From Octopus vulgaris (taxonomy: Eukaryota): 64,000 bases of DNA. Every line of letters begins with the position of its first letter. The stretch's first letter is position 1. The translations under genes and the position numbers were made by a program. The notes under the pieces are model-generated. The model searched no databases and was not told where the DNA came from. It saw only the letters and a list, made by a program, of their open reading frames with translations. The DNA lies in the NCBI GenBank assembly GCA_951406725.2, contig OX597820.1, positions 44,640,001 through 44,704,000 on the forward strand, read 5' to 3'. This document shows, piece after piece, positions 25,714-38,094 of the stretch.

Positions 25714-28700
25714 TCATCATCATCGTTTAACGTCTGCTTTCCATGCTAGCATGGGTTGGACGGTTCAACTGGGGTCTGGCAAGCCCGAAGGCTGCACCAG
25801 GCCAGTCAGATCTGGCAGTGTTTCTACAGCTGGATGCCCTTCCTAACGCCAACCACTCCGAGAGTGTAGTGGGTGATTTTATGTGCCACCGACACAGGTG
25901 CCAGACGAGGCTGGCAGACAGCCACGCTCGGATGGTGTTTTTTATGTGCCACCGACACAGGTGCCAGACGAGGCTGGCAGACGGCCACGCTCGGATGGTG
26001 TTTTTTATGTGCCACCAACACAGGTGCCAGACGAGGCTGGCAGACGGCCACGCTCGGATGGTGTTTTCTTATGTGTCACCGGCACAGGTGCCAGACGAGG
26101 CTGGCGAACGGCCATGCTCGGATGGTGTTTGTTACGTGCCCTCAGCACGGAGGCCAGTCGATGCGGTACTGGCTACAGTCACGTTCAGATGGTTTTCTTA
26201 TGTGCCACCGGCACTGGTACCATAAAGGATACAAATTCCATTGATGTACATCTATTTTGATTTGGTTTTGATTTTGATTTTCACTTGCCTCAACAGGTCT
26301 TCTCAAGTGTCACAATAAGGAAGGTATGCACAGGTGGACTGACTACGTCCCAGGTAGGGGCCACGGGATATGGCTTCACTAGTCTTGCCGGATCTTCTCA
26401 CGCACAGCATACTTCCATAGGTCTCGGTCTCTAGTCATTTCCATGGTGAGACCTAACGTCCGAAGGTCGTGCTTCACCACCTCGTCCCAGGTTTTCCTGG
26501 GTCTACCTCTTCCACGGGTTCCCTCAACTGCTAGGGATTGGCACTTTCTCACACACCTATCTTCATCCATTCTCGCCACATGACCATACCAGCGCAATCA
26601 TCTCTCTTGCACACCACAACTGATGCTTCTTAGGTACAACATTTCTCTCAAGGTACTAACGCTCTGTCGAGTAAGTACACTGACATTACACATCCATCGG
26701 AGCATACTGGCTTCATTCCTCACGAGCTTACGCATGTCCTCAGCAGTCACGGCCCATGTTTCACTGCCATGTAGCATAGCTGTTCGTACACATGTATCAT
26801 ACAGTCTGCCTTTTACTCTGAGCGAGAGGCCTTTAGTAACCAGCAGAGGTAAGAGCTCCCTAAACTTTGCCCAGGCTATTCTTATTCTAGCAGTTACACT
26901 TTCAGCGCACCCACCCCCACTACTGACTTGGTCACCTAGATAGCGGAAGCTATCAACTACTTCTAGTTTTTCCCCCGGAAAGTGACGGAAGTTGTTTTCT
27001 GCAGATTTTCGGAGGTCAATGCTCCCGAGCATCTGCCACATACAAAAACTATCTTCCCAGTTAGCCTACCTTTGACATTGCTGCACCTCTTATGTGTCCA
27101 TAGCTTACACTGGGTACATCTTATAGAGTTTCTACCTACACCTTTTCTACAGATCGAGTAGGGCCATCTTCCTGAGGATATTTGTGGATTGTCTACCTTT
27201 CTACTTATTAGTATTTTGGTTTTAGCTAGGTTGACTCTAAGGCCCCTCGATTCTAAACCCTCCTTCCACACCTGGAACTTCTGCTCCAGTTCTGATAGTG
27301 ACTCAGCAATTAGAGCGAGGTCGTCAGCATAGAGGAGCTCCCAAGGGCAGCCTGTCTTGAATTCCTCCACAATTGCCTGGAGGACTATGATAAATAGGAG
27401 GGGGCTGAGTACTGAACCCTGGTGGACCCCAACCTCTACTTTGAATTCTTCTGTGTACATGTTGCCAACCCTAACCTTACTTACGGCATCTCTGTACATG
27501 GCTTGCACAGCCCTCACCAGCCATTCATCTATCCCTAGTTTCCTCATTGACCACCAGATGAGGGATCGGGGGACCCTATCAAAGGCTTTCTCCATGTCAA
27601 CGAAAGCCAGGTACAGGGGCTTATCTTTGGCTAGGTATTTCTCCTGCAGCTGCCTTACCAGGAATATAGCATCAGTGGTGATTTTCCCTGGCACGAACCC
27701 AAACTGCATCTCATCTAAACTAACTCTCTCTAATTAGTTGGGCTATGACCCTCTCCGTAACCTTCATTACCTGATCCAACAGCTTGATACCTCTGTAATT
27801 ATTTGTATCCAGGGCATCACCTTTACCTTTGTAGCAGTTGACTAGTATGCTGCTACACCAGTCATTGGGTATGACTCCTTCGTGTATCACCTGGTTGACT
27901 ATACGGGTGACTAGGTTATAGCCGACACTGCCAGATATTTTGAGCATCTCTGCAGTAATTCCTGATGGGCCTGGGGCTTTCCCTGTCTTCATGCTTCTAA
28001 TTGCCTTAGCTACCACGGAACTATCAACTCGGATAGCTGGTCCCTCTGTTGGGTCAACATTCGGCAGACTCTCTTTATCCCATTCATTTTCTTTATTCAG
28101 CAACCTTTCATAGTGGCATCTCCAAACCTCTCTCTTTGCATCCTCATTTAGTGCAAGTGAACCATCATCCATGCGAACACACTTCTCTCCTACCACATCA
28201 CGATTCTCTCTCACACACTGTCTTGCAACACGAAATACCTCAAGTCTTTCATCCTCACGACGCAGAACATTGGCAAATTTTTTCTTATCCGCTTCCCCTC
28301 TGGCTAAATAGACCTGTCTCCTAGCTTCCCTTCTGGCTGTCTGATACAATTCCCTGCTACCACCGTTCTTCCAGTCCTTCCAAGCCTGTCTCTTTTGTCT
28401 AATAGCCCTGTCAACCACAGTGTTCCACCACCATGTTACTCTGGGTCGAGATGGTACTTTGCTCCATCCACAGATCTGGTCAGTGGCTGTCAGCAGATTG
28501 TCCCGTAGGAATCTCCAGTTGTCTTCCACGTTAAGTGAAGCTATATCCCTTTCTATTTCGTCAAAGGCCTCGAATAGTATGTCTCTAAATCTCTGTCCAT
28601 TTGCAGGATCTTTAAGCTTCCAGACCCTTCTCCTCCAAGCTGGTCTTCTTCTGGGCAACCATTTAGCTCTGATCCTGAAGTCGCTAACCACTAATCTATG

Positions 28701-29170
28701 TTGGGGAGTACATTCTTCGCCTGGAAAGGTTTTGGCATTTATAATCAGCCCTCTTTCCCTTTTTCTGGCAAGGATGTAGTCAATCTGGTTGGTGTGTCTG
28801 CCAGAACGGTAGGTGACTAGGTGCGAGGTGGGTTTCCTGAAGTTGGTATTGCAGACCATAAGGTCATTTGCATCGCAGAACTCCAGCAGCCTGGTTCCCT
28901 CCTCATTACGAGAGCCAAAACCGTAGCCTCCATGGACGCCATGGAAGCCCCCGACATGTCGTCCAACATGTCCATTGAAATCACCTGCCACGAAGAGAAG
29001 GTCACTGTCATTTGTCAATGAGGTAGTCCGCAATAGGGTGTCATAGAATTGGTCTTTTTGTCCTTCTGGTAGCCCTGGTTGAGGGGCGTATGCCGAGATG
29101 ATGGTAGCTGTCCTATGGTGAAGGACTAATCTAATTTTAATTACTCTGTCACTTACTCTGACTACCTCAA
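25710..29170 (-). mobile_element. Near-complete RTE LINE (APE + RT), 5'-truncated, three frameshifts
   Basis: SAYAPQ, GDFNGHVG and QIDYIL (APE); QFGF, DMEKAFD, GVHQGS and YADD (RT); LRWYGH. Frameshifts near 27715, 26975 and 26598. 3' UTR with 63-bp repeats and a (GAT)n tail. Confidence 0.96.
25883..26215. repeat. 63-bp tandem repeat inside RTE 3' UTR
   Basis: Unit starts at 25883, 25946, 26009 and 26073, followed by diverged units. Confidence 0.9.
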
Positions 29171-30205
29171 TTCACCCACCTTTGTACAAAATAAAGCTGT
29201 ATAGGATTGTCTGTCTTTAGATTTGAATGTGTTGGAATTGATTTAATATAAATCAACCTAATGCACATACCTGCTATGCCAAAGAATACTAGGATACTTA
29301 TCCAGTAGAAATACATGTTGGAATGGAATGGAATATGAAGAAAATAAGTTATTAAATAAATTTTGAAAATGTATAAATTCTCCATTCTTCATTCATCATC
29401 ATCATCATCGTTTAGCGTCCGTTTTCCATGCTAGCATGGGTTGGACGGTTCAACTGGGGTCTGTGAAGCCGGAAGGCTTCATCAGGCCCAGTCAGATCTG
29501 GCAGTGTTTCTACGGCTGGATGCCCTTCCTAACGCCAACCACTCCATGAGTGTAGTGGGTGCTTTTTACGTGCCACCCGCACAGGTGCCAGACAGAGCTG
29601 GCAAAGGGCCACGAACAGATGGTGCTTTTTATGTGCCACCGACACGGGGTCCAGGCGAATATATATATATATATATATAATGTGGCACATTGCTGTACTC
29701 GAGAAGACCTCCCATCACAACAGAATTGAGGTCCTAAAACCAAGTTGTCTTATAAAAAGCACCTAGTACACTATAAAGTGGTTAGCATTAGGAAGGGCAT
29801 CCAACCATAGAAACTATGTCAAAGCAGACTATGGAACCTGTTGTGGCTCCTGGCCTTGCCAATTCCTGCCAAGCTGTCCAACCCATGCCACATGGAAAAT
29901 GGACGTTAAATGTTGATGATATGTATACACACACACACTACACTATATTACATTACATAGTGAAGGAAAGATCAGCCATATTTTTGTATGTGGTATATTT
30001 ATTCACTGACATTTCTTTATGCATAAATCTAATGCTGTTGAATATTGAACACCTGAATAAAACGTTTCTCTCAAAATCCATCTGTTTACTTAAAATTATA
30101 GAACACTAATCACCTTGATGATAATGATATGGATGATGTCACAGTGTGTTGCTACCCACATGAGAACTCAGATAAATAATCTTTCTCTCCATTTCTATTC
30201 TTCAG

Positions 30206-30330
30206 AAATGCATCCGAACAAGAGCAACTATTCCTTAGAGCCATTATTGCAGAGTTCCAGCGTTGTGGTTTGGAAGAAGCACAGATTTCCAAGCTTTACA
30301 CTCAACACATTTCTCTTTGCAGGTTAGAAG
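30206..30330 (+). CDS. ORC1: ORC1 exon, winged-helix domain
   Basis: [25 protein letters not shown]...HISLCRLE; canonical AG/GT. Confidence 0.97.
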
Positions 30331-31109
30331 GTTAGTATCAAATAAAATCAATGTAATTTGAATTGATTAATGTTGTGTTAACAAAATGTCAAGAGAGTAA
30401 AATAAAATAAAAATTGTATAGGGTCTGCCCAAATTTTGGCTGTTTCCACTCTCAATAGTAACCTAATACACGATTTTGTTTTTACTGCATTAACAATCTT
30501 TCTGCTCCATATTTCTGGCTCAGTTCTGATTATCTTTATTCTTTTCTGTGCTTTTAAAAAAGTTTATATTGTTTCATATTCATATTTTTCCCCACTAGAA
30601 TTTAAACAAAATACCTTGAGTGGATTTGGTAGCTGGAGACTGTGGAAGCCAATTGTGTGTGTGTCTTTGTTTCTGTGTTTGTCCCCCGCTACCTATTTCT
30701 TTATTACCCACAAGGGGCTAAACACAGAGGGGACAAACAAGGACAGACATAGGTATTAAGTCGATTACATCAACCCCAGTGCGGAACTGGTGCTTAATTT
30801 ATCGACCCCGAAAGGATGAAAGGCAAAGTTGACCTCGGTGGAATTTGAACTCACAACGTAACGCTACCACTTGACAACTGATTCCTTGGTTTGTTTACTT
30901 CCTTGTAACTTGGCAGTTTGACAAAAGAGAGCGATAGAATAAGTGCCAGACTTTAAAAAATAGGTACTGGGGTTAATTTGTTTGACTAAAACCCTCCGAG
31001 GTGGTATCCCAGATGTCTTTCCTGTTTGTGTATTGCTAATCACTCTACCATGACGTGTGAACAGTGTTTTGTGGTTTACTTTGGAAATTCAGACATTTAT
31101 TGTTTAGAG

Positions 31110-31296
31110 CAGCGCTTAAACTTTTTCCATTCATGACCCCATTTTTCATAAGATTCTTCGCGACCCCAGATATTAAATGACACATCACGTTAAATATTGT
31201 GCGTTTGTGAAATAACATACAAACTGAAATTCAGGTGTTTGTATTTAATTTTCGCGACCCCAAATGGAGTCGCGACTCATAGTTTATGAAGCGTTG
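31110..31296. mobile_element. hAT-like MITE
   Basis: TIRs CAGCGCTT..AAACT / AGTTT..AAGCGTTG, internal CGCGACCCC repeats, imperfect 8-bp TSD gtttagag/gttttggg. Confidence 0.7.
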
Positions 31297-32283
31297 GTTT
31301 TGGGTAATGTTTTGGTTTTAATGCTCTGTTAATGTTCTACTAATCACTACTCAGCTAAAGGAGAAAAACCTACCGCTGCAGGAAGAGTTATCTACCTTGT
31401 TTTCTAAAAGCAATGTGTATTAATAGTTGTAGTGATGGAATGAAACAATTGGGTGCAGCCGTTTGTACGCTGACAATTTGGTACGGCTGACTGGACATCC
31501 AACCTATTTTAGCGACATTATCTTTTTTGGTGCTGAAAGCAAACACACACACACACACACACTCTCTCTCATGCAAAAATATATACAGACTTATAAAATG
31601 AGAGAGTGAGGAATGATAGTTTATTAATTGAACATGAATGAACTTAAACACATTTCCTCCCCTCATACACATGGAGAGAAATATGCTCACACAGATAAAT
31701 TGAAAGAAAGGGAGGCAGAGAACCTATGTCTTACGTTCAAAATGGCCAGATCTGGTCTCTCATACCTACCCTACAATGCCATTTTAAAATAATCACATCT
31801 TTGAAATCCCGAAGCTACAAGATAATGCATGATTAATTCAAAACAATATGAATAAGTAAGCATTATATTTGACAAAGTAATCAAAGTAATCGAACCGTCC
31901 AACCCATGCTAGCATGGAAAACGGACGTTAAACGATGATGATGATGATGAATTCTGTACAGATGTGTTTTGCCCATGAACAGATATTACCCAGCTTGGAA
32001 ACAAGTGAATGTTGTTGACAGGAAGGGCATCCAGCTGTAGAAAATCTGCTTCAATAATCCCCACGGAAAAGTGAACATTAAAAAGATAAGAATGATGGAT
32101 GAAATAAGTGCAAGGGTTGAGGGAATCAACTAAAACTCTTTCAAAGATTATGCTTCAACATTGTCATAGTCCAATCACTAAAACTGGTAAAAGTACAAAA
32201 AAAAATTTAATAGGCTAGAAGAGGAGATACACATGTGACATAATCCCTTTTATTATTTTTCGCTTTCTTTCTCTTCACAACAG

Positions 32284-32447
32284 GTCTTCCACCACCCACA
32301 TTTTCTGAATTGTTTTCAATCTGTTCCCGCCTGAGCTCCATGAAAATTTTATTATCCGAACATGGCCAGATGGATTTACAGATGAAGGTCCGATTAAACA
32401 TCAGCCAAGATGACGTTTTGTTTGCAATGAAGGATATAGACTTATAA
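32284..32447 (+). CDS. ORC1: ORC1 last coding exon
   Basis: GLPPPTFSELFSICSRL...VRLNISQDDVLFAMKDIDL then TAA; matches the ORC1 C-terminal RLNVSQDDV motif. Confidence 0.97.
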
Positions 32448-32519
32448 TACAACATACTACTTCATATTCACTTCATTACTTTTATGTCTTTCTGAAGTCA
32501 TAACAGAAATTTATTTTTG

Positions 32520-32915
32520 TTGTTGTTTTTTTGTTTTTTTTTCTTTTTACTCTTTCTTCATTCACATGTATAATATTGTCCCAAATGTAAATAGTTTTAA
32601 ACTTAGTCACATTTATTTTTAAGGCTGTGGACATCAGAATCGGCAGAGCATTAGACAACATGACTTTCAGTATTCTGTTGTTTTTTTTTTCTTCTCTTCA
32701 TCCATGTGTAATAATATTGTCTCAAATGTAAATAGTTTTAAATTTAGTCACTTTTATTTTTAAGGTTATTGACATCTATAGAGCACTACACAACATGACT
32801 TTCAATATTGTTGTATTTTTTTGTCTCTAATGTAAATAGTTTTAAGTTGTTTTTATTTTTAATGGATACGAACATCAGAATCAATAGAGCACCAAACAGC
32901 ATGACTTATATCCTG
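32520..32915 (+). repeat. Diverged tandem triplication in presumed ORC1 3' UTR
   Basis: Three units of about 105-140 bp, each with AATGTAAATAGTTTTAA...ACATC...AGAGCA...CATGACTT. Confidence 0.85.
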
Positions 32916-33069
32916 TTATGTTTCTTTACATTCTAAATTCAAAAATCTTACTTGAAATAACTTTGCCCCTTCAATCCTTCAGAATTGATAGATAAATCTG
33001 CCCCCCCCCCCCAACCTCAATTTGTGGTCCTGTGTCTGTGTTAATAATTGCTATTACTGAAACAGAACA

Positions 33070-33296
33070 TTAACCCTTGAGTATTTAAATTAGCTATATC
33101 TGCCCCCAAAATTTTACCTTTTTTTCATGTTCAAACTAGCCAGATCTGCTTTCCCATACTTACCCTGCAATGTCATTTTGAAAATATTTAACAATCACAC
33201 TATCAAAATCTCAAAGCTACTAGATGATGCAGGAATAACTAAAAGCAATAAATAAGCATTACATTTGACAGAATCATATGAATGCTAAAGGATTAA
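33070..33296. mobile_element. piggyBac-like MITE (TTAA ends)
   Basis: TTAACCCTT...AAAGGATTAA. Related copies at 3789-4178 (split by a SINE), 31730-31885 and 43043-43273. Confidence 0.6.
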
Positions 33297-34516
33297 TGTC
33301 AGATAATAGTGGACTAACTGAATCTACACTATTTGTGCCAGCAATTTATGTTCTGAGTTCTGGGGATATAAATAAGATAAAACACCAGTCAAATATTGAG
33401 GTTGATTTAACTGACTTTTCCCCTTGCCCCTTTCCGATTTTGTGCCTACATTAGAAGCAACATCAGAAGCAAAGTTTTAGTAACTTTCTTTGTAACAGTT
33501 GCAGTGAAGTAGGTCTATAGGAGACTAGTTCACTACTTGAGGGGCTGGTTATTTATTTCTGTTACTGGCACTGCAAGTTACATATAACCTTTGCAATGAT
33601 TAATTTCACTCAGTATAGTAATTAATATCCTAGCTGAATATAGTTAACTGCTGTAACTATATTAAGTACTATATAGTAAAAGCACTAGAGTTTTGCTAGT
33701 TTTGGTATCAAGCTCAAATCATCCAAAGGGACCACAGAGGAGAAATCAACAAAAAAAAACCGTTGCATGGTATGCTGCTTTTATTTCCAATATTCTGTAC
33801 AGACATATTACCTAGCTTGGAAACAAGTGAGTGTTGTTGACAGGAAGGGCATCCAGCTGTAGAAAATCTACCTCAGTAATCCCCACCTGATCTATGCAAG
33901 CATGGAAAAGTGAACATTAAAATAACAATGATGGATGAAATAAGTACATAATTGAATATAGCAGATATCCCTATATCATTAGTGTTCTAAGTTCAGCATT
34001 CACTGCACTGCTGTTCTTAGGGCTTTGGCTATAGTTTAGAAAGGATGTCCACAGGTCATCATTCTGTCCATCAGTTTCTGGTGGGAAGGCAACTCTGGGT
34101 GTCTCAGACAGTACTTGGTAAATTGCAGCTGTCTTTTTACTATCTTATTGGTCAGCTGAGAAAATCATCTTCTACATCCAGCATGTATATCAATAACAAA
34201 ATCATTGATATATACTCTAGACATCATTGGACTGGGCAGCTGACTTCACTGGCAGTGAGTGGTCACCGGAGAGGCTGGGGAGAAGTCTGAGACTCACAAT
34301 ATCTAATATCAAGGCAATGGACATCAATAAATGCTGTGTTTCAAAGACAGTATACAATATGATGTATAAATAATGCAAACAATGTGAAATAGATTGGCTC
34401 GGTGAAAATGTATATTTGTAACCCAATTTGAAATTAGCATGTTTCAAATTTCAATATCTGGTATAATTACTGTTATCTTTTATTTAGTTTTAATATAGGG
34501 AAATAAATTTTGCATA

Positions 34517-34981
34517 CCGTAAATCCTCGAGTATAGTCCGCCCTTGAATATAATACGCAGGGGATTTTTAGGAGGCTGTACCTCTGAAAAACCTAAACCT
34601 TGTGTATAATATGCACCTCTCTAACTTGAATATAACATCCTTTATTATTATTGTATATATAACATAATGCAAATATGTAGCTTTTTTGTGCATTTTGTTT
34701 GCAGGAAATAAAGAAATAACAGTAATAATGAATAATAAGTGTTGCTTAATGCAAGTTATGGATGATTCTTTTATGACTTCATTGCTTTCAGGCTTAGCTT
34801 AAGGTATATTCACACCCGATATCACAAAATGTGTCTGGATAAACATTGTCAGACAGCAAATAGAGACTCGGACATTGCTTAGAAAATAATTTTCATTTTT
34901 AACCTCGTATATAGTATGCACTAGGGATTTTGACCTTTAAATTTTGGGGGGGAAATGCGGATTATACTCGGGGATTTACAG
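34517..34981. mobile_element. Tc1/mariner-superfamily MITE
   Basis: TIRs CCGTAAATCCTCGAGTATA / TATACTCGGGGATTTACAG, TA TSD, internal subterminal repeats. Confidence 0.85.
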
Positions 34982-35438
34982 TACTTTAAAATCGTTTTTT
35001 CCTTCCCCTCTCTTTCCTTATATATATATATACACACACATATGTATTTCTTTCCCTTTCTTTGCCTTCCTTCCATTCTCTTTCCTTCCCTAATACTTTA
35101 CTTTTTCCTTCGTTCTAGCCTTCTACCTGTCCTTCTCTTGTCTCCAGTCATACAGGACATTTTCCATTGCATTACTCCATGTCAGTCCATCTTGCAGCTG
35201 CATGGCTTTTTTAGTTGTATGTGTATATTTTATTTTGTCATGTTTCTTTTTCGTCATTATCCCATGCATTTGTTAGCTATTTCCAGTGGCTTTTCACCAC
35301 TGGTGCCACCAAAAGTGAACAATATCAATGTTATAGGAGCAAAATCTTTTGGACATTGACTGATGCGGAATAAGCTACAAATTTTCTGTTTCTTATGTTT
35401 TTGTAATATTTCCGTTTGTTGGGTATTTGTTAAATTTA

Positions 35439-35478
<40 letters not shown>

Positions 35479-35484
<6 letters not shown>

Positions 35485-35626
35485 TTTATAGAAGGAGCTT
35501 CTACAGGACTAGAACTGTTTCATTCAAATGAAATCATCAGGAAGCTGAAAAAATCAGGGGCTTCCTGATGATTTCATTTGAATGAAACAGTTCTAGTCCT
35601 GTAGAAGCTCCTTCTGTAAAATAAAT
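35479..35626. repeat. 67-bp inverted repeat (1 mismatch, 14-nt spacer)
   Basis: 35479-35545 is the reverse complement of 35560-35626. Confidence 0.97.
35557..35611 (+). ncRNA. Type I hammerhead ribozyme motif (mirror copy on - strand at about 35496-35546)
   Basis: Stem I GGGGCTTC/GAAGCTCC, core CTGATGA (35565-35571), stem II TTC/GAA, GAAA (35584-35587), stem III ACAG/CTGT, predicted cleavage triplet GTA ending at 35603. Confidence 0.7.
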
Positions 35627-35707
35627 TAATTTACTCTGCTATGTATTGAGTACCTTATTTACTGTGGTTAACCCCGACTCAACCCGGGACCTACATATAT
35701 ATATATA

Positions 35708-36162
35708 CTAGCAGCATAGCCCGGCGTTGCCCGTGTATGTAAGAGCCCCTAGTAGGCAACGACTAATCCCAATCTAGTCCTTTCCCTCTAGGGAACGAAG
35801 GCGCATGTGTAGGTTGCAATGTCTTCTCTTCACTCAAATACTTCTGTGTATACGATGTTCCTAGCTGTCCCTTTGGGCGAAAACATGAAAACATCATTGT
35901 GCCTCCCAACGCGTGAACAGCCCACGTACAGCCCAGAAAATGTGTTGCATATGAAAAGCTTAAATTCTCGACCCCATGTCGAATTTATGGATTTTTTCAG
36001 AACTGGGGGAACTTTTCAAAATTTTCACTCTGTTAGTTTTGAATTATGACATTGGGCTATGTGTGTGTCAAGTTTCATCAGAATCAGTTGAAAGCCATGG
36101 TCAGGGTGAGGGTACAACCTGACAGACACACAGACAGACAAACTGCTGTTTATATAGAGAGA
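35708..36162 (-). mobile_element. Non-autonomous Helitron
   Basis: A|TC start, hairpin and CTAG|T end. Its 5' part is shared with 12225-12607. Confidence 0.8.
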
Positions 36163-36429
36163 TATATATATGTGGGGAGAGAGAGAGAGAGAGATGCATA
36201 CATATATATAAATAGTTAAGATTAAAGAATTCCCTTTTTTTTTTTTTAGCTTCAACAACTTACTACAAATATTGAGTTTTTTTTCCTTCATGATCTTCAG
36301 CAGGATGTGTTTTTATATGCACGGTCCATTGAACCAGTACAAATAGCAACCAAATCTCCCTCAAATCTTACGGAAGGTTGACATGGGCTAAATAATAAGC
36401 ATCTGAGATTCTTGTTTTGAAAATTCCTG

Positions 36430-36848
36430 TGGAAAATGCTCAGGAGCAATAACACTGAAAATGTGCAGAGAACAACTTCTGCCACATTCCAGGGAGGAAA
36501 ACTAGAAGTAGTTGATAGCTTCCGTTACCTAGGTGACCGAGTCAGTAGCGGGGGAGGGTGCGCTGAAAGCATAGCAGCTAGAATAAGAATAGCCAGGGTA
36601 AAGTTCTACTGGTGAAAGGCCTCTCGCTCAGAGTAAAAGGTAGACTGTATGATGCATGTGTACGAACAGCCATGCTACATGGCAGTGAAACATGGGCCAT
36701 GACTGCTGAGGACATGCGTAAGCTCGCAAGGAATGAAGCCAGTATGCTCTGATGGATGTGTAATGTCAGTGTGCATACTCGACAGAGTGTAAGTACCTTG
36801 AGAGAAAAGTTAGACCTAAGAAGTCTCAGATGTGGTGCCCAAGAGAGA
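36430..36848 (+). mobile_element. RTE LINE internal fragment
   Basis: Encodes KLEVVDSFRYLGD...LHGSETWA; homologous to 26600-27040. Confidence 0.85.
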
Positions 36849-37699
36849 AATTTTGCAGTTATTTCTAGCAGTTTAAACAATTGCAAAGGCTTCTTTGTCA
36901 GCTCATAGTCATAGTGATTAGTTTGGTACTAGTTCACTATGACCAACTGAAGATATCATCTGTCTTTCACACCCTGTCACCAAGTTGTGTTTGTGTCCAC
37001 TATAAGGACACAACTCAGCCTGCTAGTTATTAACAGATACCATAGATCAGGAGTAACTGGGTTCAACTCCAGGCAAGGGTATAATAGCATAGAAAGTGAT
37101 ATACTCTGCTGGTTCCATATAACCCATTCTCAATACATTGTATGAGGAGGGTTAACTAATGCAAGAAATAGGGGAATATATGATGAGCATTGGTGTGGAA
37201 TTTTGAGATTGATGTTCCTCAAAGTCCTCTGCTTCATTTGAAGGAAAGAATTTGTCTTTTTTTGTATTGTTTCATGCAATGGAAATTGCATGACTTTGAA
37301 TAAAAAAAAAATTTTTCCAAAATGTTCAAGTTTTGTTTTGTTTTGTTTTTAATCTTTATATTCTGTACCTTACCTCGATTCCATAATCTTTTCTTTCCCA
37401 GCTGCATATGAGACTTCAAGGAAACAATTATGCCAAAACTCCATTTAAGTATTTATGGCAAACTATAATTAATTTGCAAAACTCATCTATTTTCCAATAT
37501 AAACTATTAAACAGTTATTTCAATACTTTGTTCTGTGTGTATTATACATTAGCACTATGAATATGTGTGTGTGTTTATTTATGTCCGTATGTATATATAT
37601 ACGCAATGACTCTGAGGAAGCAATTTTTAACAGTTTTAGATTGGGCTTCTGGTTTTTTGAACTGGAACATGCAACGCATATATATATATATATATACAC

Positions 37700-38094
37700 T
37701 CTCTCTCTTTTACTTGTTTCAGTCATTTTGACTGCGGCCATGCTGGAGCACCGCCTTTAGTCGAGCAACTCGACCCCGGGACTTATTCTTTGTAAGCCCA
37801 GTACTTATTCTATCGGTCTCTTTTGCCGAACCGCTAAGTGACGGGGACATAAACACACCAGCATCGGTTGTCAAGCAATGCTAGCGGGACAAACACAGAC
37901 ACACAAACATACACGCACACATATATATATACATATATACGACGGGCTTCTTTCAGTTTCCGTCTACCAAATCCACTCACAAGGCTTTGGTCGGCCCAAG
38001 GCTATAGTAAAAGACACATGCCCAAGGTGCCACGCAGTGGGACTGAACCCGGAACCATGTGGTTGGTAAGCAAGCTACTTACCACACAGCCACT
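37700..38094 (-). mobile_element. tRNA-derived SINE family A, young full-length copy
   Basis: CpG-intact copy flanked by (TA)n on both sides. Confidence 0.88.

Noticed and set aside
25883-26215. CRISPR-like regular repeat
   Set aside because: No unique spacers and no cas genes; eukaryotic LINE context.
25743-26260. Overlapping repetitive ORFs (FFMCHRHRCQTRLAD..., VPPTQVPDEAG...)
   Set aside because: By-product of the 63-bp repeat in the RTE 3' UTR; the same applies to ORFs near 1212, 15683, 29441, 40327 and 44769.
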